Shown here: piece after piece, positions 27,195 to 37,402 of the stretch
Numbering within the stretch: position 1 is the stretch's first letter
Layout of the letters: every line of letters starts with the position of its first letter
IMG/VR virus record: IMGVR_UViG_3300025000_000089
DNA length: 64,000 bases
Direction: 5' to 3' (one strand)
Origin: an uncultured virus (IMG/VR IMGVR_UViG_3300025000_000089)
Lineage: Duplodnaviria > Heunggongvirae > Uroviricota > Caudoviricetes
The notes under the pieces: generated by a model
The model's database searches: none
Told to the model about the DNA's origin: nothing
Seen by the model: the letters and a program-made list of their open reading frames with translations, nothing else
Position numbers and translations under genes: made by a program

Positions 27195-27607
27195 TGGCCG
27201 CTCGCAAGGACGTTTACAACCGCGAAGAGACGATGCAGACAATCTGCGAACTTATCGCGCGGAAACAGACGTTGAACCAGATAACGAAGTTGCCGGGAAT
27301 GCCGAGTTACGAGACGGTGATGCAGTGGTTGAAGCAGGACAAGGCGCTGGCTGATAACTACGCCTGTGCGCGCGAGTTAAGGGCCGATGCAAGGGCCGAC
27401 AGGATAGATGAAATCACCACCATGATCGTCAACGGGGAACTCGATCCGCAGGCAGCAAGAGTCATTATCGACGCCGAGAAGTGGCTAGCTGGGAAAGAGC
27501 AGCCGAAGAAGTACGGCGACAAGATCTTCCAAGAGCACAGCGGGAGTTTGAATGTTACAGCGCTCACAGATGAGGAACTTATCGCCCTCGCAGAGAGCGC
27601 AGATTGA
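27194..27607 (+). CDS. terS: Terminase small subunit (Sf6-like)
   Basis: ICELIA..L..I...PGMPS..TV.QWL..YA.ARE..PKKYGDK. Confidence 0.85.
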   Translation: MAARKDVYNREETMQTICELIARKQTLNQITKLPGMPSYETVMQWLKQDKALADNYACARELRADARADRIDEITTMIVNGELDPQAARVIIDAEKWLAGKEQPKKYGDKIFQEHSGSLNVTALTDEELIALAESAD

Positions 27608-29021
27608 GCTAGAGATAAGGCGGCGGGGTTTACGAACTCCGCTTTCCTTCACCGACTGGCTCACGAAGGCACAGCCGCTGCTTACTTGGAACGCGCCGCA
27701 CCTGGAGCTCATCCGTGAAAAGCTGATGGACGTGGTCGAGGGGCGAATCAAGAAGCTGATGATCTTCACCCCGCCTCGTCACGGAAAGAGCCAGCAGAAC
27801 ACTATCAGCCTGCCAGCCTGGTACCTTGAGCGGTGGCCGGAGCGCAGGGTTATCATTGGGGCTTACAATGCGACACTGGCAGAGAAGTTCAGCAGGAAAG
27901 CGCGTAAGCTCACACGCGCCAAGCTCAGTAACGAACGCACCGCCGTTGACGATTGGGAGACTGTCGCAGGTGGTGGGCTTAGAGCAGTGGGCGTCGGTGG
28001 TGGGATTACCGGCATGGGCGGCAACCTCATACTCATTGATGACCCGGTTAAATCCAGAGAGGAAGCAAACAGCCCTCGATACCAGGAGAAGTGTTGGGAC
28101 TGGTACACAGACGACCTCTACACCCGCTTAGAGCCGGGAGGGTCGATAGTCTTGACGATGACCCGCTGGCATGATGCGGATCTTGCAGGGCGCATTCTGG
28201 CAAGTGACGACGGGCCGAACTGGGAAGTTATCACCCTTCCCGCACTGGCAACTCACAACGATCTGTTGGGCCGCGCAGTAGGTGACGCTCTTTGGCCGGA
28301 TCGCTACGATGAAGCGGCGTTGGCTGAGATACGGAGCATCCTGGGGCCGAACTCCTTCAACGCTCTCTATCAGCAGAACCCGATCCCAGACGAGGGCGAT
28401 TTTTTCAAAGCCGCCGATTGCCAGTGGTACGAGACGCCGCCGAAGCATCTGCACATCTACGGGGCATCGGATTACGCGGTACTTGACGGAGAGGGCGACT
28501 TTACCGAGCATGGCGTGTTTGGCGTTGATCCAAACGATGATCTTTACATATTGGACTGGTGGTATGACCAGACGACCGCGGATAAGTGGATAGAATCCCT
28601 GCTCGATCTGGTCAACTCGCATAAGCCGCTGTTCTGGGTCGGAGAGGGCGGCGTCATCAGGAGGGCAATCGAGCCTTTCCTTGTCAAGCGCAGCCGGGAG
28701 CGCAGGGTTTACGCCCGCTTTGAGTGGCTGAATTCGATCCATGACAAGCCGACGAGGGCGAGAGCGTTTCAGGCGCGTTGGGCGATGCGGAAAGTGTATC
28801 TGCCAAAGAACGTGCCATGGGCGGATAGGTTGCTGTCGCAGCTTACCCGTTTCCCTGCAGGCGCACATGATGACGCGGTGGACGTTTGCTCACTCATAGG
28901 CAGGGCGCTTGACGAGATCCACGGCGCAACTCTGCCGGTAGACGACACGAAGCCGAAGAAGGACGCATGGGACAAGCGTTTCGACGGTGACGGTGATGAG
29001 GATGACTGGAAGGTGAATTAG
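27552..29021 (+). CDS. terL: Terminase large subunit (start uncertain)
   Basis: PPRHGKS, LIDDPVK, MTRWH, YQQNP, FPAGAHDDAVD. Confidence 0.95.
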   Translation: MLQRSQMRNLSPSQRAQIELEIRRRGLRTPLSFTDWLTKAQPLLTWNAPHLELIREKLMDVVEGRIKKLMIFTPPRHGKSQQNTISLPAWYLERWPERRVIIGAYNATLAEKFSRKARKLTRAKLSNERTAVDDWETVAGGGLRAVGVGGGITGMGGNLILIDDPVKSREEANSPRYQEKCWDWYTDDLYTRLEPGGSIVLTMTRWHDADLAGRILASDDGPNWEVITLPALATHNDLLGRAVGDALWPDRYDEAALAEIRSILGPNSFNALYQQNPIPDEGDFFKAADCQWYETPPKHLHIYGASDYAVLDGEGDFTEHGVFGVDPNDDLYILDWWYDQTTADKWIESLLDLVNSHKPLFWVGEGGVIRRAIEPFLVKRSRERRVYARFEWLNSIHDKPTRARAFQARWAMRKVYLPKNVPWADRLLSQLTRFPAGAHDDAVDVCSLIGRALDEIHGATLPVDDTKPKKDAWDKRFDGDGDEDDWKVN

Positions 29022-29059
29022 CTGCACCCTTTGTGCGATAACCCGCACCAGGAGACAAC

Positions 29060-30976
29060 ATGACAGACCCGAGCAAGACCCCGCCCGACTTGCACTCAAC
29101 GCTCGTCCAATGGTTCGAGGACAGCGAAGACTCCACGCAGGACGCCCGCAAGCTGGCAGAGAGGGACGCGGACTATTACGACGGCAAGCAGCTCACGCCG
29201 GAAGAGTACCGCACCCTTAAAGCCCGCAGACAGCCCCCCGTTGTCAATAACCGCATCAAGCCCAAGATTGATTTCATGCTTGGCGCGGAGCTCAAGACCC
29301 GCACAGACCCTAAAGCTTTCCCCCGAAATCCCAACGTAGACGAGGACGCCGCGAACGCCGCAACGGATGCGCTGAGGTACATCTGCGACGCGACCAAGTT
29401 TGAGCGTGTGCGTTCACTCTGCTATGAGGACGGGCTGAAATACGGCAGCTACGGCGGTCAGATCGTCGTCACTCCCAAGGGGGATGACTTCAAGATCGAC
29501 TTCGTTCATGTGCCGTGGGATCGGATGTTTTACGATTGCCATTCCCGCGCCAAAGACTACAGCGATGCGAAGTATAAGGGCGTCGTGATTTGGCAGGACA
29601 GGGAGGACGCACTCGAAAGCGAGCTCTACACGGCAGCAGACAAAGAAAGCATCCTTGCCAACACCATGGCGAGCGTCACAGCCGGGCAGACCTACGATGA
29701 CAAGCCACAGAACCGGTGGGCCGACAAAGGGCGCGACAGGGTGCGCGTCGTCTACATGGAGTACAAGAAGGGCGGCGAGTGGTATTTCTGCTATCTCACC
29801 AAGGGCGGATTTCTGCGCGAACCGGCGAAGATGCCCTTTGTCAACGATGACGGCGAATCGGTACCGTCGCTTGAGTTTCAATCCCTTTTCGTTGACCGCG
29901 ACGGCAACAGATACGGCCAAATCCGGCAGTACATCGACATGCAGGACGAGATCAACAAGCGCCGGTCGAAAGGGATCCACCTTATCAACTCGCGGCAGAC
30001 CATCGGGGAAAAGGGCGCGGTGGCCGATGTCAACGCGGCCAAGCGCGAACTTGCCAAGCCGGACGGTCATGTTGAAATAACGCCAAGCATGAAGTTCGAC
30101 CTTCTCCCGACCAACGACATGAGCGCCGGTAACTTCCAGATGCTGCAGGAGGCGAAAGCCGAAATTGACGCACAGGGCCCGAACGCTGCACTGGTAGGCG
30201 GCGAGAAGCGCGACCTTTCCGGCAGGGCGATACAGGCGCTGCAGGGTGGCAGTAACACGGAGACGGCGATACAGACGGATGGACTCAGAGATTGGGAACA
30301 CCGCGTTTATCGGCTCATGTGGTACTGCGTCAAGAAGTACTGGACCGCCGAAAAGTGGTTCCGCGTCACCGATGACGAGAACGCGCCGAAGTATGTCGGA
30401 CTGAACACGCCTTCAACCGCTGGCGAAGAGTTCATCAAGAAGCAGCAGAAGTCGGGGCATCAGCTTGACGAGGAGATGGTGCAGCGGATCATGATGGACC
30501 CCGCAGCACAGCAGCCGGTGGTGACGAACAATGTGGCCGAACTGGACGTTGACATCATCCTGGAGGACGTACCGGACACTGTGACGATTCAGCAGGAGCA
30601 GTTTGAGAGTCTGACACAGCTATTCCCGACCGTTCCCGAGCAACTCAAGCCTTTGACGCTCGAAATGCTGATTCAGGCGTCAACCCTTCGCAACAAGCAA
30701 CGCTTTATCGACAAGCTGCAGGGCAAAGGGGAGGAAGAGAAACCGGACCCAATGGCCGAAATGCAACAGCAGATGCAGCAGATCATGATGCGGCTCGAAA
30801 TCGCAGAGAAACAGGCCAAAATCGCCAAGATCGAGACAAGCGCAATGCTCGACCTTGCTAACGCGGAGGCGGCGGAAATAGGGCAGGATTTGGCAGAATA
30901 CAACGCCATTGTGCAGGACTTCGAGAGGGTGAATAACCCGCAACCTCAGCAACCGGCACAAGGGGCGCAGCAATGA
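29060..30976 (+). CDS. Portal protein (P22-like, Gln-rich barrel tail)
   Basis: DYYDGKQ..NRIKP.ID, D.QDEINKRRSK, SGRAIQA; follows terL. Confidence 0.9.
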   Translation: MTDPSKTPPDLHSTLVQWFEDSEDSTQDARKLAERDADYYDGKQLTPEEYRTLKARRQPPVVNNRIKPKIDFMLGAELKTRTDPKAFPRNPNVDEDAANAATDALRYICDATKFERVRSLCYEDGLKYGSYGGQIVVTPKGDDFKIDFVHVPWDRMFYDCHSRAKDYSDAKYKGVVIWQDREDALESELYTAADKESILANTMASVTAGQTYDDKPQNRWADKGRDRVRVVYMEYKKGGEWYFCYLTKGGFLREPAKMPFVNDDGESVPSLEFQSLFVDRDGNRYGQIRQYIDMQDEINKRRSKGIHLINSRQTIGEKGAVADVNAAKRELAKPDGHVEITPSMKFDLLPTNDMSAGNFQMLQEAKAEIDAQGPNAALVGGEKRDLSGRAIQALQGGSNTETAIQTDGLRDWEHRVYRLMWYCVKKYWTAEKWFRVTDDENAPKYVGLNTPSTAGEEFIKKQQKSGHQLDEEMVQRIMMDPAAQQPVVTNNVAELDVDIILEDVPDTVTIQQEQFESLTQLFPTVPEQLKPLTLEMLIQASTLRNKQRFIDKLQGKGEEEKPDPMAEMQQQMQQIMMRLEIAEKQAKIAKIETSAMLDLANAEAAEIGQDLAEYNAIVQDFERVNNPQPQQPAQGAQQ

Positions 30977-32352
30977 CCATAACGCTCGAAACGCCCGATA
31001 CGTGGCCGGGGAGCGAATCGCCAACGAACCCGAGCGGCGAGCGGCGCAATGTGCTGACCGTCAACGGGGTGGAGCCGGATAATGACGGCAATGTGGAGGT
31101 GCAGACAGCCGGAGATATGCCCGCCGCACTGATCGTCCAGGCGCTTCAAGCCGCATATCCTCGCCTTACGTGGCTCATGTCCGGTAACTCGACCGATGGA
31201 CAGCCCGACACGGCGACAGCGGCGGCGATTGACGCTTTCATGACCGCAACCGGCGTGGCAAGCGATTACGTCGCCTTCCTCGACCTGGGCGCTGCGGCGG
31301 CATCGGCGGGAACGTTGACCATCGCCAACGCCTACTCCGCATCGTCGGCGGATAACGTGGTTCTTGTGCAGTCGCATGGTGCGCTGGTTATTGCCAACGC
31401 CTACTCAGGGAGCTTTGCCGACAACATAACACTCTCTAACCCCTCGCTGCTGGTTCTGGCGATTGACGATGCCTACAGCGGCAGTTTTGCCGATGCCGTC
31501 ACCCTTGTACAATCCCACGGCGTACTAGCCATTGCTGACGCTTACAGTGCGAGCTTTGCCGATGCGGTGACGCTGGCACTCGCTGGCGGGGCCCTGACCA
31601 TTGCAGATGCTTATTCGGCATCGTCGGCAGATAATGTGGTGCTGACAGCGGGTGTTTCGGCCCCCACTCAGCCGGTAATCAGCGTCACCCCTGGCGACAC
31701 CACAAACGTGATCGCCCTCATATCGGGCGGCGTCGGCGCTACCTCCTACAACCTCAAATGGGGTACCGTAGCAGGAACCCGCAGCAACACGATAACCAGT
31801 GTCACCCTCCCGTACACGCATACGGGGAGGACCAACGGGACCGCGTACTATTACAGCGTCGTGGCTATCAACGGGGCGGGGTCGGTGGAGTCGGCAGAGG
31901 TCAGCGGGACACCGGTTGCGGCATCCACCAACTTTTATACCCAAAATTGGGATCTCGCAGCTACCAACGCTACCACTTATGATGGATGGATTAGCGGGAC
32001 ATCTGGAGTCGATGGGATCGCCCACGTGGCCAATACCTTTGCATGGAGTGCCCCTAATAGCTTTGCTTTAGGAGGTGGAGACGGAGCATCGGAGGGAACT
32101 GGTTGGCTAGAGCGCACCATGACCATCGCGGCAGGGACTCTTAGTTTCGGCCTTAGACTCGATAGTGGCTCGCCGGAACCGGTGTATGTCAAAGTCTACG
32201 TTGACGGCGCTCAAGTGGGCCTAACTGGTGGTTACAGTGCCAATAACTCGAATTACACTATAACCATATCCTCCGGCAGCGTTATTCGGTTCAGCGGAAC
32301 CAGTCTCGCCGGGGCAATGCACATTGATAACATTTCCATCCCGATACCGTAA
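30973..32352 (+). CDS. Fibre rope protein 1: five ~23-aa repeats, FN3 domain, beta-sandwich tip
   Basis: (T/V/A)I(A/D)(N/D)AYS(A/G)S(S/F)AD(N/A)..L x5; ATSYNLKWG..YTHTG.TNGTAYYYSVVAIN FN3 signature. Confidence 0.65.
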   Translation: MTITLETPDTWPGSESPTNPSGERRNVLTVNGVEPDNDGNVEVQTAGDMPAALIVQALQAAYPRLTWLMSGNSTDGQPDTATAAAIDAFMTATGVASDYVAFLDLGAAAASAGTLTIANAYSASSADNVVLVQSHGALVIANAYSGSFADNITLSNPSLLVLAIDDAYSGSFADAVTLVQSHGVLAIADAYSASFADAVTLALAGGALTIADAYSASSADNVVLTAGVSAPTQPVISVTPGDTTNVIALISGGVGATSYNLKWGTVAGTRSNTITSVTLPYTHTGRTNGTAYYYSVVAINGAGSVESAEVSGTPVAASTNFYTQNWDLAATNATTYDGWISGTSGVDGIAHVANTFAWSAPNSFALGGGDGASEGTGWLERTMTIAAGTLSFGLRLDSGSPEPVYVKVYVDGAQVGLTGGYSANNSNYTITISSGSVIRFSGTSLAGAMHIDNISIPIP

Positions 32353-32361
32353 GGATATGAC

Positions 32362-33678
32362 ATGACAACCATACTCCAAAATGCGGCATCGTGGATTGCA
32401 TCGATCAATCCGCCCCATCCAGACTATGGCAGCACTACGCAGTCATACATCCAGAGCGTGCATCAGTCGGTTATCGACTTCACTCTGGTAAGCGATCTTT
32501 CTGGCAACCCCGTCAACCAATGGCGGGGGTATCGCTACTGGCTAGGCATGACCACTATCGTGCCAGAAAATCCGGTTGTCTACGCCTCAAACGATAATGC
32601 CAATTGGACATTACAGTTCTGGATGGATGACGTTAGCTGGTATGACAGCGTAGACGAAATAATTGGACCCGTGGCAGAAGATGCTGAAATCCTCTATGAC
32701 CCCGTAGGCGACCAGCTCGTATGCTATTGGGTCAGGACGGACGAGACCATAGTGTCTGACTACAACGGCACTGTAACGCCCGGCCCTGGAGTCATGCGGC
32801 GCACCTACTCGGCTGCTGGGGTGTTGTCTGCTGCCACATGCGTACTGCCGTGGGAAGGGTTCATCCTGTACTCCAACTCCCCCGCCGTAGTGCGCGAGGA
32901 TGCCACACACTGGCACATGTTCGGCGTGGTGCAGGATACCACCTACCTCTCTGCTAAAACCGCAGATTATCAGCGAATCACTTATCGTTTTTCGGTGGAC
33001 GGCATTACGTGGGGGGCGGTGCAGTATTTGGGCACGGTGGCCGAGTTTACCGCAGCTTATCCGGGCTTTGAACCCAACCACATCACGGCAGTGGCAAATC
33101 CTGCTATTTCGGGACAGATTGACCTATTGATAAACGCGCTAGTGACGCCAAGACCTGCTTCGTGGCTGAGTGGGTGCCGACTGTTTCACGCCGTTGTCAA
33201 CCTACCCGACCCGACCGCAATCAGTTATCCCTTGGCACCTACGGCGGTACTTGCTCCTGTCGCTGGCAGTTGGGATGACATCGGCATTTACAGATCCGGT
33301 TTTACGCTGACAGCGGCTAGCGGCGAGATGACCATGCGCCTCTGGTACTCCGGCATAGCGAACACCGATTCTTACCCCGAGAGTTGCCGCACTGGCTACA
33401 CGGAAGGGGTGGTCTACCAGTATGACGCTGGCGGGGTGATTACACCATATGGCGAGTTCACCATCGCCGACGCCTACAGCGCATCATCCGCCGACAACAT
33501 CGCCCTCGCCCTGGCAGGCGGCACTTTCGCCATAGCCGGTGCCTACAGTGCCAGCTCTGCCGACAATCTGACCCTCTCGCAATCAAGCAGCGTCACATGG
33601 CCGATCCGTTCCATCACCGGAGACGCCCGAACCCTCAACAAAACCCTGCGGCGGTTCGTCGCGGGAACATGGCAATAA
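32362..33678 (+). CDS. Fibre rope protein 2: glycosidase-like beta-propeller plus two repeats
   Basis: YRYWLGMT..ENPVVYASND..W, SVDGITW, WDD..IYRS..LWYSG; two AYSASSADN repeats at the C-terminus. Confidence 0.55.
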   Translation: MTTILQNAASWIASINPPHPDYGSTTQSYIQSVHQSVIDFTLVSDLSGNPVNQWRGYRYWLGMTTIVPENPVVYASNDNANWTLQFWMDDVSWYDSVDEIIGPVAEDAEILYDPVGDQLVCYWVRTDETIVSDYNGTVTPGPGVMRRTYSAAGVLSAATCVLPWEGFILYSNSPAVVREDATHWHMFGVVQDTTYLSAKTADYQRITYRFSVDGITWGAVQYLGTVAEFTAAYPGFEPNHITAVANPAISGQIDLLINALVTPRPASWLSGCRLFHAVVNLPDPTAISYPLAPTAVLAPVAGSWDDIGIYRSGFTLTAASGEMTMRLWYSGIANTDSYPESCRTGYTEGVVYQYDAGGVITPYGEFTIADAYSASSADNIALALAGGTFAIAGAYSASSADNLTLSQSSSVTWPIRSITGDARTLNKTLRRFVAGTWQ

Positions 33679-33691
33679 AGGAGAAAATGAC

Positions 33692-34066
33692 ATGGCTAAG
33701 AAATACGCAGACGCAGTATTTGACGCGGCACTCGCAAAGATCGCCACAGGGACCACTCTCAGCTTTTGCAGCGCGGAACCCGCCAACTATGCCGGTATCG
33801 CAGCGGTAAAGCTGGCAGGCGTGACGGTGACAGCGGGCGACGGCAACGGTGATTACACCATCGCTGACGGGCCGGTAAGCGGGCGCAAAGTCACCGTGGG
33901 GGCGCAGACGGGCATGACCCCCACAGCCAACGGGACCATCATCTATGCCTGCGTTGACGATGGTACGACCCTTCTTGCCGGTACCAGCGTGACCAGCCAG
34001 GCAGTCACGACCGCGCAGACGTGGGACTCGCCCGCATTCGCTTTCGGCATCACGGACCCGGTGTAA
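33692..34066 (+). CDS. Fibre bead subunit (GP4 gp80-like)
   Basis: 124 aa; CSAEP..YTIADG.VSGRKVTV..SQAVT...TWDSPAF..I.DP. Confidence 0.6.
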   Translation: MAKKYADAVFDAALAKIATGTTLSFCSAEPANYAGIAAVKLAGVTVTAGDGNGDYTIADGPVSGRKVTVGAQTGMTPTANGTIIYACVDDGTTLLAGTSVTSQAVTTAQTWDSPAFAFGITDPV

Positions 34067-34194
34067 GTAATAATTCTCTTGACTTAGCACCCGAAACAGA
34101 GTAGGGAAACAACACAACTGAGTAACACAAAACCGCCGCCGGGTAATCAACGGGCGCTTACACGGAGCCGCCATCCACAAAGGGCGCGAAGGAG

Positions 34195-34875
34195 ATGCAA
34201 ATGGAAGACTGGCTTGAGGATGCCGTAATCGAAGAACCGGAAGTGGCCGCGCAGGAGACGGTGGGGGAAACGGGCGAAGAAGCAACTCAGGACGCCGCTG
34301 AGCCCCCCGCTGAGAAGCCTGCAGCAAAGCCCGAAGAAGGACTTCAGGCCGCACTCCTTGCAGAGCGCCGGAAGCGGCAGGAGCTAGAGCAGAGGCTGGC
34401 CGCAAAGCCGGAAGAGCCGAAAGCCGACTTTTGGGAAGATCCTGAAGCGCGACTAGCCCAGACCGAGCAAAAGTTTCAGCAGCAGCTTATCAACCAGAAG
34501 CTCGACATGTCCGAAGCCTTCGCCCGCGACAAGTACGCCGATTTTGGCGACAAGATCGTCATCTTCGAGGCGATGGTACAGGAGAACCCCGCACTCTATC
34601 AGCAGATGCTGGCGCAGGCGAACCCCGCCGATTTCGCCTACAGGACGGCGACGAACCAGCAGAAGCTGCAGGAGATGGGCGACCCGACCGCGTACGAGCA
34701 GAAGCTGCGTGAGAAGATCACCGCAGAGATTGAAGCGAAGTACGCGACCAAGGGCGCGGCAGAGCATCAGAAGCGCGCAGAACTCCCTGGCACGCTGGCT
34801 ACGGTATCCGGCGCAGGGGGAGCAACAGCACAAACGTGGAGCGGGCCTACCTCGCTTGACGACCTACTCAGATAA
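34195..34875 (+). CDS. Capsid scaffolding protein
   Basis: Acidic N-terminus, AALLAERRKRQELE coiled coil, directly before the capsid gene. Confidence 0.75.
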   Translation: MQMEDWLEDAVIEEPEVAAQETVGETGEEATQDAAEPPAEKPAAKPEEGLQAALLAERRKRQELEQRLAAKPEEPKADFWEDPEARLAQTEQKFQQQLINQKLDMSEAFARDKYADFGDKIVIFEAMVQENPALYQQMLAQANPADFAYRTATNQQKLQEMGDPTAYEQKLREKITAEIEAKYATKGAAEHQKRAELPGTLATVSGAGGATAQTWSGPTSLDDLLR

Positions 34876-34952
34876 GCCTTTACCGGAGAACACCGATCAG
34901 GCACAACCATTTAACCGGAACGTCGTGAGACAGTCCCGTAAGGAGAAACACC

Positions 34953-36071
34953 ATGGCAAATACCGCCGTAGCTGCAGGCCTCACTGTTCAGCAGTGGGAT
35001 GACAAGTTTTTTACCGAGTACATCCGCGCCAACCGCTTCAAGAAGTATATGGGCAAGGATGAGAACAGCATCATCCAGATGAAGGAGGATCTGACCGCCA
35101 AGAAGGGCAAGACGGTTACCTACTCCCTGGTCAACTCCCTCTCCGGCGCGGGCGTCACCGGTTCCGCTACCCTCGTCGGTTCCGAAGAGAAGATGAACAG
35201 CCGGTCCTGCACCGTCACCGTCAACAAGATCCGCAACGCGGTCGTTGTGCCGGAGATTGATGAGCAGTACAGCGCCATTTCCCTCCGCGATGCCGGCCGC
35301 GTGGTCCTGAAAGACTGGATTCTGCGCAAGACCAAGACTGACATCATCAACGCCCTCGGTCAGGTCGGCGGCGACTACGCAGGCACCATCTACACCATCT
35401 TTCAGGCAGCAGGTGGGGCAACCACCACAGCCCAGGATATCTGGTGCGCCGCCAACTCCGACCGCGTTCTTTTTGGGGCCGCAACGTCCAACTACTCCGC
35501 GACCTTCGCAACCGCTCTCGGCAACGTGGACGACTCCGGCGACCTGATCACCGCCGCCCGCCTGAACCTGATGAAAGCCCTCGCCAAGACCGCCTCTCCC
35601 GCGATCCGCCCCGTCACCGTCAACGGTGATGAGGAATGGTATGTGGTCTTTACCGGTACCAAGAACTTCAAGCGGCTCCAGGAGGACTCGACCATCGCCA
35701 CCGCCAACCGCGACGCCCTTCAGCGCGGGAAGGACAACCCGATCTTCACCGGCGACTCCCTCATGTACAACGGCATGATCATCAGGGAGATCCCCGAAAT
35801 CGGCGATTGCGCCATCACCGGTGGCACCTCTGCCGACGTGCAGCCGGTATTCCTCTGCGGCGCCCAGGCTCTCGGCTTCGCAGTGGCGCAGAGGTCCAAG
35901 ACCGTGACGGATGACACGGACTATGGCGATAAGGCAGGGGTAGCCTTGCAAGAGATTCGCGGGATTCAGAAGTTGATGTTCGGAAGCGATGCTACTGTAG
36001 ATACCACCACCAAGAAGGACAATGGTATCTTCACCGGCTTCTTCGCTGCACCTGCTCTGGCAAGCGCCTAG
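34953..36071 (+). CDS. Major capsid protein (DUF4043 / N4-gp56-like)
   Basis: YMGKDENSIIQ..DL..KKG.TVT..L..L.G.GV.G...L.G.EE; NPIFTG..YNG; strong codon bias. Confidence 0.9.
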   Translation: MANTAVAAGLTVQQWDDKFFTEYIRANRFKKYMGKDENSIIQMKEDLTAKKGKTVTYSLVNSLSGAGVTGSATLVGSEEKMNSRSCTVTVNKIRNAVVVPEIDEQYSAISLRDAGRVVLKDWILRKTKTDIINALGQVGGDYAGTIYTIFQAAGGATTTAQDIWCAANSDRVLFGAATSNYSATFATALGNVDDSGDLITAARLNLMKALAKTASPAIRPVTVNGDEEWYVVFTGTKNFKRLQEDSTIATANRDALQRGKDNPIFTGDSLMYNGMIIREIPEIGDCAITGGTSADVQPVFLCGAQALGFAVAQRSKTVTDDTDYGDKAGVALQEIRGIQKLMFGSDATVDTTTKKDNGIFTGFFAAPALASA

Positions 36072-36132
36072 GTAATCGTACTTGACTTTTCGTATACCAT
36101 TGTGGTATCTTGCTGACAAAGGAGATACCACA

Positions 36133-36798
36133 ATGCGAAAACAATGCACGGTTGACGGATGTGAAGAAAACGTAAAAGGCTTGGGTTTCTGCGCTAAGCA
36201 CTACCAGCAGTACAAAAAGGGGCGGGACCCGCACGACAAGACACCTCCCCCCCCCAAGGTGTGCAGCGTAGAAGGATGCAACAGGCCCCACACAGCGCAC
36301 AGCTTCTGCTCCATGCACCTATTGAGGTGGCAAAAGGGTCAAGACCTCAGGACGCCGAACAGGAACGGGCTGTCATTAAGAGAGAAATTTGACAAGTATG
36401 TTGTAAAGGGCGACCAGTGCTGGGGGTGGAAGGGCCATAAAAACGGTGACGGGTACGGGACCATTAAGGACAGCACCGATTACAGTGGCAAGAAGGCCCA
36501 CAGAGTTTCTTACGAACTGCATGTAGGCAAAATCCCCAAGGGAATGCTTGTTTGCCATAAGTGTGACAACCCTGGATGCGTTAACCCTGACCACCTTTTC
36601 CTCGGAACCCAGCATGACAACATGATTGACATGGCGATAAAGGGCAGGCACACGGGCAAGTTAACCCCTGATGAGGTTGCCAAGATAAGAACGTTGTCAG
36701 GGACAGACACCCACAAGAACATAGCTTCACTCTTTGGGCTAAGCCAACAAACAGTGTCAGCAATCATCAACCGTAAAACATGGAAGCACCTTCCATAA
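36133..36798 (+). CDS. HNH homing endonuclease
   Basis: Two C.V.GC..C..H zinc motifs, AHRVSY..VCHKCDNPGCVNPDHL.LGT..DN..D, C-terminal HTH; own promoter TTGACT at 36082. Confidence 0.9.
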   Translation: MRKQCTVDGCEENVKGLGFCAKHYQQYKKGRDPHDKTPPPPKVCSVEGCNRPHTAHSFCSMHLLRWQKGQDLRTPNRNGLSLREKFDKYVVKGDQCWGWKGHKNGDGYGTIKDSTDYSGKKAHRVSYELHVGKIPKGMLVCHKCDNPGCVNPDHLFLGTQHDNMIDMAIKGRHTGKLTPDEVAKIRTLSGTDTHKNIASLFGLSQQTVSAIINRKTWKHLP

Positions 36799-36810
36799 AG
36801 GAGATACATC

Positions 36811-37233
36811 GTGGCCGGAGAGACAACTTTGGATTTAGTCCCAACCGCCCCCCTGCTGACTTCCAAGTCCGTGGGGCAGCTCGTAGCACAAAAGCACGTT
36901 GTCGCAATCAGGACCACCGACCTTGCGACCAACGACATCACCGGAGTCTGCAAGGTTCCGGCAGCGTCTACCGTATTCGGCTTTTTCCTTCATACCGATG
37001 ATCTCGACAGCAACGCATCCGAAGCCCTCGTGTGGTCCGTCCTCATCGACACCACCGTTGTACAGGCAGGGATCACCAACGCGACCGCGAAGGCCGGTAC
37101 CTTCTTCGCCTGCTCCACTGGTCCCGTCACCGTGGACGCCGACACTGTTGTGTCGCTCAAGGCGACTACGGCGGCAGGGACCGCAGCGGCCGGCAACTGC
37201 ACCATCACCCCCGTCTACACCACATCCGCATAA
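36811..37233 (+). CDS. Capsid decoration/cement protein
   Basis: 140 aa Thr/Ala-rich, capsid-like codon bias, follows the capsid gene. Confidence 0.55.
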   Translation: MAGETTLDLVPTAPLLTSKSVGQLVAQKHVVAIRTTDLATNDITGVCKVPAASTVFGFFLHTDDLDSNASEALVWSVLIDTTVVQAGITNATAKAGTFFACSTGPVTVDADTVVSLKATTAAGTAAAGNCTITPVYTTSA

Positions 37234-37402
37234 GGAGGAGGGGCGGCAACGCCCCTTAACTCTATGGTCGTCAAGTACATCGGACCATCGGCATCGGTGG
37301 CCACTTTCGGACAAGAATTCATGCAGGGCGTAGCGGCGGCAGTTTCCGACCCTCACGCCTTCCGCAAACTCAGCAACAACCCCACTTTTGAGGTGGTCGA
37401 AC

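Noticed and set aside
31315..31650. AYSASSADN repeats as RiPP precursor cores
   Set aside because: They sit inside large virion-type proteins next to a fibre subunit, with no protease or transporter
31660..31920. Host assignment to Geobacter-like bacteria from the FN3 sequence style
   Set aside because: Resemblance from memory only; no host DNA in the window, so a search is needed
34911..36149. Long antisense ORFs (also 37753-38952, 29414-30301, 24164-25063, 58684-59748)
   Set aside because: Shadows of GC-biased sense genes, with no RBS or recognisable motifs
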